Assembly (NCBI RefSeq): GCF_964355755.1
Contig: NC_092671.1
Coordinates: forward strand, 23,944,070 to 24,008,069
Source: Antedon mediterranea
Taxonomy: Eukaryota > Animalia > Echinodermata
Length of the DNA: 64,000 nt
Direction of reading: 5' to 3'
Shown: one piece after another, positions 51,001 to 63,000 of the stretch
Layout of the letters: each line of letters begins with the position of its first letter
Position numbering within the stretch: position 1 is the first letter of the stretch
Position numbers and translations under genes: made by a program
The notes under the pieces: model-generated
Databases searched by the model: none
What the model saw: only the letters and a program-made list of their open reading frames with translations
What the model was told of the DNA's origin: nothing

Positions 51001-54000
51001 TTTGACTTTTGTGGTTTGATTATTCAAAAGTATTTATAAATTTAACTCACCACTGTGCGACCATTATCCTCAACTGGCTGCCAATCAGATCCATCATTAC
51101 TGTAATATACTTCAAATGCAGTCACCCATTGGTCATAAGCATTTCTTCCTTGAGTAATCACTCCTGTAATATCTTTGACAGTCCCAAAGTTAACCCTAAT
51201 CCACTGTTCACGGTTATTTGTTTGTGCAGCCCATGAGCCAACTCCACCAGAACCTGCATATGTGTTTAGTCTTGAACGTAAAGCACCATGATTCCTGTCC
51301 CATTCACTTGATGCTGAGATGCTACTATCTGGGATGATGTGTAATTCCATTCCCATGTGATCTGTGCAATTTACTATATGAAACAAATTCAGCATTCTTA
51401 TTATACAGATTTTTAAACATAAATTGTAATTAATATTATTCTTTACTCAGAGCCTAAGACCTGATGATTGATAAGTGATTTTTATTTCCTTCATGAAAAC
51501 AATCTGTAGTGTGCAAATAAAATGTTGAAAGTTTAACTTATTTATTTATATATCTTTAACCAATACATATACTTACCACTAGGTGGTATTGGTACTGGTT
51601 CTCTGCACCCTAGAAGTTCAAATCTCATACTAATATGTCCATGCCATTGAGTTGGAAGAATTCTAACATATCTAGCTTGAATTAGTTCACCAAAATAATT
51701 GTATTGGCCAGAAAATTGATTATGATTTCCTTGGAATTCCTGAATGCAAAATTTTGTTTTAAATTTTATTAAAACAATTATCAAAGTACAAAGAAAAACA
51801 AGATGTAACAATGGAAAAATTGAATATTGAAAGAAAGTTATATTGAATGGTTCTATTAAATCTATATAACAGATCATATATATAGCAGATGTTGTACATA
51901 AAGTAAATAATACCTTCGGGTTGCCATCTTCATCATTGACAGCCTGGAATGTTATACCATCTTGACTGTACTGTACATTGTAAGCAGTAACCCATTGTTG
52001 ATAATCTGATCTACCTTGTGTTGATATTCCAGAAACAGTAACAATATCACGAGTTCCAAAGTCAACCTGAATCCATTGATTAGCATCATTAACCTGTGCA
52101 CACCATGCTCCTACATTAGATGATTGAGCACTAGAATGATAGCGAGCACCAACAGCTCCATGACGTCCATCGTATTGACTTGATACAGCCAGACGATCAT
52201 CAGGGATTGAGCCGTCTCTCATTCCAAGAGGGTGTTGGCAGTCTGATTGAGTTACATTAAGCTCATCTGTTTAAGATTGAATAATATGTTAATGTAATAA
52301 CATATGATGGATATCATTTTGAAACACTTAAATAAATATATCTACAACAACTTTAGAAAACAGGTCATATTGCTCTGTATTAATGTAAAGAGACCATATA
52401 AATACAACAGTCAATTCACATTCATTGGTGTATTCTCTCGATTTTGCAATTTCAATGGAAATACTCAACAAAAATGGCTGCACATTTTTTTAAATCATAA
52501 TTTCGATAAAGCATGAAGCAAATTGTGGCAAAGAAAAAATTGTGTAAATGTGTGTGAATAACTGGTGACTTGAATGGGTTAAATTGCACACAAGAAGATT
52601 CATGTTGTACAGCTGCCATTAAATGGCGCTCCTTTGTTTGTCAACAGTGGCTGAGATTGACCAGTACCCCAGGGTAACTCCTACTGCACTGGGTTCTTTA
52701 AAGTGAACATGAGCCATGAGTGTACACTGAACCTTCAATTTAAAATTCTTACCACAAGAAAGATGGTTGTGGAGAGCCTTAAACCTTTCAGAATATGTTA
52801 CTATAGTTTGTGCAGCCTTAAACGCTCAGCTACTCAAATTGACAAATGTTTGTGTATACTATATCTATTTGAAAAAAGGGCACCTAAAATGTAATGTAAA
52901 ATCAGTGTAACAATAACCACAATTAAATATCATTCTATCTTACCATTACACCCAATAATCTCAAACCGCATACTTATATGGCCGTTCCATGCTGTAGGAT
53001 GAACACGTATAAATTGACAGCTAATTGGTGTTGGAAACAGATTAGTGACTGGTGTGTCACGATCTACATTACCAATAAACTCCTAAAAAACAAAAGAAAA
53101 AACATTCTGGATGGAAAAATAAAATTTTTTTTTTACTGATTTTCTTTCTTTCTACTTAAAAATAAATGTAATAATTCCACATCATTTTTTGACATAGAAA
53201 AAGTATTAGGTCCTTAAATCATATTGAGCATCAAATGTTTATATAATGTATTGCATACAATTCATTGTAAACTCTACTAAAGTATAATTTACAGAATATA
53301 GAATTGTGTATAAAATAATACGATAAGGCAGTTACAATTTGTACACTTAAATTTCATATCACTTCTTATCAACAGCTTAACCAGCAAAACATGACATTTT
53401 AGCATGGTGGCTTAGACAATCTATCCAGGTTAAAATGGTCTTTCTATCCACCTTCCTTCACCATTATTAACTGCCATGCGAGAGGAGGCAGAGCAGCTAA
53501 GAAGTTTTCCATAAAATATGTTCCATAACATGAACTTCTGTCGGTATCCTTTTGTATAATAAATTAATGTTCATTTTTTAGAAGTTTAGTTTTTAAAATA
53601 TTCGTCGCTATATGCAACTAACGCTTTATATTTGGAGGACCTATTTTATTCTTCTAGCTAAAGATACTTTACTTAATTAAAAACTGAAAATGTACCATTG
53701 ATTTATAGACTGTAGGAAGAAACTTGTCTGAGCATATAATTCAAACCCTCACTATTGTATCAAAATTAATGATTTAAAAATTAACAAGCAGACATACTTC
53801 AACTGCATTTCCATTGCCAACTAGTTCTAGCCAGGCTATGCCATCTTGACTGTATTCAATTTGGAATGAGATGACCCACTGGTCATAATCACTTCTTCCT
53901 TCAGTTGTAATGCCCATTAATGTTTTTGGTGAGCCTAGATCAACCTGAATCCATTGTGAATGATCATTTCTTAGTGCACACCAAGCACCTACTTCACCAC

Positions 54001-57000
54001 CTTCTCTTCCAATATTAAGTCTTGCGCGATGTGCACCATGGTTGTTGTCATATTCTGAGGAAGCAGTTAAACTGTGCGATGCAATCTGTCCTGATTCCAT
54101 TCCCATTGGTTCCAAACATTCACCTAATAAACACATAAAACATGAGGAAGCTGGCATAGTGCATACCATATCAAGTTATTAAATATTTTTTCACAGTGAG
54201 TGTATTGTAATAATTAATTATTATGAAAGATTTAAAGATTTTTATGACCATATATCTAAGATGAATTATGTAGAATGAATATCCTTTTAATGGATTTATT
54301 TTTTATATATACAGTGTATTCATGTTTCTATACATATTGTATTATTAACTGTAACAGCAATTTAGCCCTTTGCTACAAATTGCTACAAGAGTGTACAATG
54401 GTAATAATAAAAGTGATACGCCAACTTATTAAGAACTAAAATATGTTTTTGAATTTTCAAGAGAAACTTTAACAAAACTCACCCTCTTCACTGTCTTCAT
54501 CTGGAACTAAAATAAAAAATATCAGAATTATTAACTGATACAAAAGAGCGCAGTAAGGAAATACTCTAAGTTCACACTATGACTGTTGTAAATAGTTGGA
54601 AAATAAGAATGAAATATATGGTATACAAAAATGTTAGTTGAATTTATTTATTTATTTATACATTAAATTTTAATAACACACATTACCAAGTTCCACAATT
54701 TTAGAAATGATAGTTTGTCATTAAACTATTTCAAATCTGCCTTTGGTCATGCTTGTATACTATCCTACTATTTAAAATATAAATTAGTACCTGAACAACC
54801 AAGAATCTCCACTCTCATACTAATATGATTATGCCAGACAGATGGTTTTATCTTGATAGCAATTGCTCGAACAGCTACTGGTAAATGGTTTGTTACTTGA
54901 CCATTCTGATCCATGTTTGCGGGAAAATACTGAAAATCAATGGAGAAATTAAACAAAAATCAAATACTATAACTATAAGAATTTATTATAAAAATAAAAT
55001 AACTCCAAGTTACCATAATACACAAAAAAAGGCTCAGATCTGATCATTATTTGGGGGTTTTTTTTGTATACAAAAAGCTAAGTCTAGAGTTTTAAATACA
55101 AACTTATTATGCATTTAGTTGAGAGAGGATATTATAAGAAAAAACATACTTTGGTTTGAGCATTGATGTCCAAAACAGATTGCCAATTTGTACCATCCTC
55201 TGTAAAATCAACTGAGTAAGATTTAACCCACTGGTCAATGTTGTTACGTCCTTGAGTGATAATTCCAGTAACCATTGTTGCTGAACCAAAGTTAATTTGT
55301 AACCATTGTGAATCATCATTTACTTGGGCAGACCAACTACCACCATTAGTATCATCAACAACAGCATTTAAACGGGCATTGTCTGCTTGTAAACTATCAT
55401 CCCACTGGCTGGATGCTTCAATGCTGCCAGCCACTAAAGTGCCATCCTGCAATCCCATAGGTTCAAGACAAATTTCTGGTTCAATATTGTTTATTAGTGT
55501 TGCACGCACTTCTACAAATAAAAACAGAGTACAATCATTTTAAAAAAGTAATACAGTCCATTTATGTAGTTCTGACTAATGTTTTATCATCAATATCATT
55601 ATTGCTATAATAAATCATATCATCCTATATCATAATTTTCAAATTAAGTATATTGTTTCTGTTTTTGTTCCTACCATCACAGCCAAGTATTTCTACTCGC
55701 ATGCTAATATGACCACTCCAAGATGTTGCTTGTATTTGAACTGAAAGAGCTTCAACTGGTTCAGGAAAGTAGTTTGTTATTGGAGTATTAGAGTCTGAGT
55801 TTCCAACAAAATCCTGAAAACAAACATGACATACCATTTTAATTTCAAATAACAAATAAAGTTGATGTGATTTGAGTTATCACAAGATTTTATAGTTCCT
55901 TTTACTGGGATTCACACACATGAATCCTTGCGATAATTATTTATAACATATGTTTGGAAAAAAGTATTAAAACAAAAGCAGGCCTACTTACCATTGGCTG
56001 TTCATTTTCATTCAGCACAAAAAACCAATGAATACCATCAAGACTGTAAGAAACTTGAAACGATGTCACCCATTGGTCAAGATTTTGACGACCTTGGGTC
56101 ACCACACCTGTCACCATATACTCATGTGGTAGATTTACTTGGATCCATTGGGCAGGGTTATTATGTTTTGCAGACCATGAACCACGCATAACTCCAACTT
56201 GTTGACTATTAAGACGTCCACGAGAAGCTCCATGGTTTGCATCCCATTCAGTTGATGCTAGAAGACTGGTGTCTGGAATTGCACCACTCTCAACTCCAAT
56301 TCCACGCTGACAAATATCTTGAAAAGAAAACAAATTTGCAATAGTAAAATCCACATTAATTTTGTATCTATATAACCAGAAAATCTTTAAAATTGAAATT
56401 AGAAAATTTATGTCTCATTCTTCTTGAAAGTCTCAAAAGTGTACAAAATAAACTGTGTGTAAACTTGGTACTGCAATGCTATTTCTTCTGAAATTTTTTG
56501 AATTAAAACAGCTGATACCTTCACACACAATGCCATCTCCTTCATAACCTGGTAAACAGAAGCAACCATGTACACCATTCCTTGCTGTACATTCAGCTGA
56601 AGTACTACATGTTAGATTAAAACATGCAATAACACCATCACCATGGCAAGTGCAGTCGGCTGTACAGTCAGTAGAAACCCAACTATCACCAACCTATAAT
56701 AGAAAAACAACTAAAAATTTGTTTGCAATTTGCAAAGAGTTTTAATCATTTAGAAAAAAAGGAGCAGATACAAACAGGGCAAGCTGCCTAATTATAATGT
56801 TGTATCACCTTCACAAATAATAATAACAATAACAATAACAATAACAATAATAATCTATATATAAATTTACGTAAGGGCAAAATTCTGTAAATCGCGCGTT
56901 ATTTCTAGAATGTTTACTCGATGGTATATACAGTTGGTTCGTACTTTCGGTACTGATTTAACCACCTGATGTAACCCTGTTTACTAATTAAATTGAGTTC

Positions 57001-60000
57001 GATAATTAGTTATTGACAATTAAAACGAATTTAGGTTCAACGATTTGCCCCAAATAGGGGTGTTTTTCGATCGTAATATACACTGTCTAATGGATGTCCA
57101 TCTTGAAAAATACCCGCAGACAATAATACGAGGATGCTTCGCATTTTCCTATCTCCTCCTACGATAATTGTTTTTAATGGCTGAAAACTGGTTGAACAGC
57201 TCGAGTACAGCATCATAATGTTGAAGACAGGCCGATTTTCTTTAAAAAATACTTTTTTGATAAATTTAATATACGTTTATACAAATGTCTTGATTTGCGA
57301 TGAATGGAACATTCCAATCTCTGTTCTACAAGTGTCGATTCTCTCAGGCGTCGTAAAGGCAAGTACTGTATACTCATAACAGAAATTCGATCCATTTTTT
57401 TTTCAATCTGTGCTGCAGTGGTTGGATATCGATTTTTTTCAACGGATAATGAGCTAGCGTTTTCAGTCACCGTATATTATGTACAAATCTTTATTATTGC
57501 AGTTAAACCACCCACATCATCACCCTTCCCTCACTGGCATGAGTAGCGTTGTAAAGCCAGTAGAGGATAGGCCTACGGTGCATCACATGCCCTAAACGCA
57601 GAACAACTTTGGTGGGTAGGGTAGGAACCAACTTAAGTATGAATTGGCTCTAAGAAACAATTGAAAACCATTAGGCCTACTAATTAAGTTGAGTTAGATA
57701 ATTTAATATTTATTGACGATTAAATCGAATTTATGATTTGCCCCGAATAGAGGTGGTTTTCACAAATTGTTTTACATTATACAAACATATACACATCGTA
57801 GTGATGTATCGTTACATGTACTGTACTATTTCAATCGACTAGGATGGTGATAGTTTCAAAAAAGTATTACATCGCAATGTTTTACTGTGTTTAGTGGTAT
57901 TGTAATATAATGTTTGGGTTGTTGGGGTACTAATGAAGACTCTTACTCGCTTGACTGTCGTAACACATATATTATTTATTCAGTATAATACTTCAGTACA
58001 ATATACAACTATAAGTATAGATAAGGAACGGACAATCAATGATGCTGTCAGTGAGGTGTGAAGTGTGTAGGTCTGCTGTGAGGTGTGTGCTCCGTGAAAT
58101 GGCTGTAAGGTGTGTGCTCCGTGAAATGGCTGTAAGGTGTGTCTGGGCCCTTCTGAAACTTGGGAGTATATTGGCTCAGTTCATTAGCATATGTCAATTA
58201 CGTAATCTGTGAGGGTAACGATTGGTCCTAAGTTGATCCAGGGGTGTTTAAGTGGGAGTGATTAACGGTATAATAAGGTATTTCTATGATGGATGACACT
58301 GTCAAATCTGTACTTAAATAGTGTCAGTCACTCCTGGTTTAACGATGGGAAAAGTCACAAAATTAAGCGAAGTGTTTTCTTTAGGGATTCTATTATAAAC
58401 TAAATGGTCATTAAAACATCTGGACAAACTCTCCTCTGGACTTTCTGGGTCAAGTTTGTGAACTTATTTAAATTCCGATACAAAGGTCGATTTCTTAAAT
58501 ATAACATTATATCGTTATATTACAGTATATTATTTGTAAAACATGAAAATAATTAATATTTCGTTACTAAATGGATAAAGAATATATTTAAAAATTGCAC
58601 CCATCCTCCCTCAACCCTAATGTTACATACAAAACACAAATTAAGTTTGTTTAAATAAATTTGACTTAAATTAAACAATTGGTCTCATTTTGTGACAAGT
58701 TTGTCATTAAAACATCTGGACAAACTCTCCTCTGGACTTTCTGGGTCAAGTTTGTGAACTTATTTAAATTCCGATACAAAGGTCCATTTCTTAAATATAA
58801 AATTATATCGTTATATTACATCCCTCTGTTTCCCTTTTTTTTTTTCTAATCTATTTAACATATAAAAAATGGTTATAATAGTGGCATGCAAAATTAAAGT
58901 TATATAAAAGAAAAAAAAACATTATTATACATATAAGCAAAAATTGAGTTAGCCAAAACCATTGACTCTGAAGTGTAACCTTATCACTTTCACTCTCTCT
59001 CTTCTCTCTCTTTAAAAAAATGAAATTAAAAATGAATTTGGTATAAAAATTCGCGTAAATCAAACATAAATCAGTTAAAAATAAAAATACAAAACTTAAA
59101 AATAGTATGTTACATTGAACATACGTCAAATTGTGCGACAACTCATCGCGTTCTAATGGCCTTCAAACATAAATCATCAAATCGAAACATAAAATTCAAG
59201 AAACTGTGGCTGATTAGCCTAGAATCAAAATATCAAACTCAATCACTTAAAACTTTAAAGAAACAAATGTGTGTGTCCCGTTGACACAAACTTATCCACA
59301 ATATATCATTATCGTCACAACTTTATCGATTTAAGCATTTATATTTACAGGTAATTACGATTTCAATCAATCGACAAATTCGACTTTTGTACTCAATTTT
59401 AAAAAAATTAAAATTAAAAGTACTAAGAAAATCTCCTGTTCTTGTATATCAATTAATTAATGCTTGAGATTAACGACTCAAAGGTTAAACAAAATATTTG
59501 TTACAAAATGATTGTCGTTCTTTTCAATATCTCAATATATCGGTCATTCAAAATTCAAAATTAATCTTCATCAAAAAAAAACTCGTTACAAAATCAATAC
59601 TTAAACATAAATTCAATTCTCTTTTAACTGAAATCACATTATTATTTAACAAATCTCATCAAATACGTAGACTATGCTATCATTAATTTAGCAAATGTCG
59701 TAATTAAAAAAAATTTCTTGCAAAAAATTAAATCAGTAATTCGTTGCATTATACAAACGTTTTATGAATCGTTTTGGCGATCCGCTTATCGGTATCTGTT
59801 TATCATTAATGATCTTTTTAATTAATTTATCTGTATCGTTATATCTGTCAATATTCCACCAAAATTTGCGATCATTAGATTCGTGTTTTGTTTTATCGGT
59901 GTTGCGTTTGGCTGAAGTCGGTTTAGAATACGAAACTAAAACTTGGAAATGTCCTGCTTTAAATCTACCTCGGTTTAATGTCATAATTGAATCATTAGGT

Positions 60001-63000
60001 GCTGTCATAATTAGATTAGTTTGTTCCTTGATTTGTTCTTCTTTCATTTGGAATGGGGCTGCTAATCCCATGTTATTCTCTACACAGTCAATGTAAGGTT
60101 GTACGTTATGGGGTTCTACTTTAGTTGGATGTGTAAGGGTATCTGATTGCAATTGGGCTGGTGTCCTATCATGTTCGTCGATAAATTAAACATTGTTTTC
60201 GTCATTTACTACGTTAACGGTGTTCTGAATTTTCTCATTATTATTATCGGCGGGTTTATTCAACAATTATTTTAACAATTTAAAAAAAAACAATTTTAGT
60301 GTGTATATATATGTAAACTCTCACTTTTCAATCAAGGTTACAAATCAAAAATCAAAATGGTTTTGACTTACCCCAAAGGCTTCGGATCCAATTAAAAATG
60401 AATTAAAGGAAAGCAAAAAGTGTTAAAAATGTTTAAATGTTCAAACAACGAATCAAAAAATGTTAAAAGTGTTCATCAATGTTCCAATTTTCAAACAACG
60501 AATTAAAAAAATGCGAAAGGTGTTCATCAATGTTCAAAATGGTCAAAAAAAGTAAATGTTAAAAAAACGATCGAAAAAAAAAAACGGCGTGAAGTTGAAA
60601 GTGTCCAAACGAAACAGTTCTTGTCCGCTTGCTTCTGTTTTGATTCTGCTTGGGTCTTCCTCGATTATCTTCTTTGTCTTTATCCAATGGTTATAATTTG
60701 ATAAAATTTCTGCTTGTCTTGATCTCATTCAAATATAATTTCAGCTTGTCTTTTGTGTCTTCCTCGATTATCTTCTTTGTCTTCATCCAATGGTAATAAT
60801 TTGATAAAATTTCTGCTTGTCTCGATCTCATTCAAATATAATTTCAGTTTGTCTTTTGTTTAAAAGTAAATTTCTGGTTTTCTCCTTTCAAACAAATATG
60901 GTTATTTTTGTCTTCGTCTTCGTCTTCGTGTCTTGTTAAGTGTTTATTTCTTGTTTTCTCACTCCGTTCCTTATGAAATTTGGGTCTTCCACCATGTAAT
61001 ATAATGTTTGGGTTGTTGGGGTACTAATGAAGACTCTTACTCGCTTGACTGTCGTAACACATATATTATTTATTCAGTATAATACTTCAGTACAATATAC
61101 AACTATAAGTATAGATAAGGAACGGACAATCAATGATGCTGTCAGTGAGGTGTGAAGTGTGTAGGTCTGCTGTGAGGTGTGTGCTCCGTGAAATGGCTGT
61201 AAGGTGTGTGCTCCGTGATATGGCTGTAAGGTGTGTCTGGGCCCTTCTGAAACTTGGGAGTATATTGGCTCAGTTCATTAGCATATGTCAATTACGTAAT
61301 CTGTGAGGGTAACGATTGGTCCTAAGTTGATCCAGGGGTGTTTAAGTGGGAGTGATTAACGGTATAATAAGGTATTTCTATGATGGATGACACTGTCAAA
61401 TCTGTACTTAAATAGTGTCAGTCACTCCTGGTTTAACGATGGGAAAAGTCACAAAATTAAGCGAAGTGTTTTCTTTAGGGATTCTATTATAAACTAAATG
61501 GTCATTAAAACATCTGGACAAACTCTCCTCTGGACTTTCTGGGTCAAGTTTGTGAACTTATTTAAATTCCGATACAAAGGTCGATTTCTTAAATATAACA
61601 TTATATCGTTATATTACAGTATATTATTTGTAAAACATGAAAATAATTAATATTTCGTTACTAAATGGATAAAGAATATATTTAAAAATTGCACCCATCC
61701 TCCCTCAACCCTAATGTTACATACAAAACACAAATTAAGTTTGTTTAAATAAATTTGACTTAAATTAAACAATTGGTCTCATTTTGTGACAAGTTTCTCT
61801 TTCAAAAGTAATTCCCAGGGTGCTAATTTTAGTCGAGTACATAAATCACAGTGTCTATTTATTCGTTCCTGTAAACGACATGTATTATTGTCTTGCGGTA
61901 CGTACATTTGAAATCGCCTGTATTTTAACGCTGAAATTATTATGTATTCGAGAACCATCTGTGGGCACGACCTAGATGGTACGCGAGCGTATCATAATCA
62001 TAATAATAATAAATGACATGTGTTAAGCGCACATATACACTAAAGGTCTCAAGGCACCAGTAAAAAATCGAAAGTTACAACCTGCGGTTATATAATCAAC
62101 ATTTAAGTAATATAAATGTCAAAAGAGTTAAAAGAAACTGCACATTTTCAGTAGGTAACCAGAATAATTATTGCAGATTATATGTATGTCTGAAAAAATC
62201 TGTATTGTATTCTTATGGAGGAAATACTGTATGTAACTATGGTCAAGATATTATCTAAAATTGAGAAACTGCGTATAATACCTGGTAATACATGAAATCA
62301 TCTGTGGTGCAACCGCATTCATCAACAGCGACACATTCTGAGCCACTAAGAACAAATCCGTCGATACATTCACAAGCCTCTACACATGTATCTCCACAAT
62401 CCTCCTCTGGAATTGTGTAAGAACATGTGTCTGGACAGGCTGAAGCACATTGAGTGTAACGGCTGTGTGCTGGACAATTAATTGCTGAAATCACAAATAT
62501 AATTATATAAATACAAATATAAAAAACATGATTTTTTAATAAAATGTTGAATTAAAAAGATGACAATCTACAGTTGGACTAATAAATAAAAGAAAAGCAA
62601 TAACTCAATTCTTTTTTCTCAATAACTTTATTACTTTATTTTCTTCAATAAAATGCTATTTATAAATGATATTAACAATTTTATCAGCAATTGTGTTTAG
62701 GATATGGCTGAAATTATTCAAATAAATAAAATTATTGCATTTGACTTACGACAAAGTTCATCAGTTCTGAATGTAGGTATAAAAACACCTGCTTCACGAC
62801 AGGCCTGATAGTAGGCATCTAAGTTGTTACAAAGTTGATCATCGTTACCAAGGTGACATGAATCAAAGACACAGTCATCAAAATACATGTCTGGACTAAC
62901 TGTCTCATGACAATCAGCAAATGTACCAGCAGTGTCTGTTATTTTTCCACAGTACTCATTAGCAGAATACATAGCTTGTGCATCTTGGGTACATGTATTA

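Noticed and set aside
51374-51576. Extra micro-exon between discoidin domains 4 and 5
   Set aside because: No convincing AG/GT pair of in-frame length, and the linker (REPVPIPPS) is already part of exon 51577..51739.
3535-55543. Plus-strand ORFs overlapping the exons (e.g. 3535..3801, 28877..29146, 34362..34736, 55256..55543)
   Set aside because: Antisense shadows of the minus-strand coding exons. They recur only because the exons are duplicated and show no domain signal.
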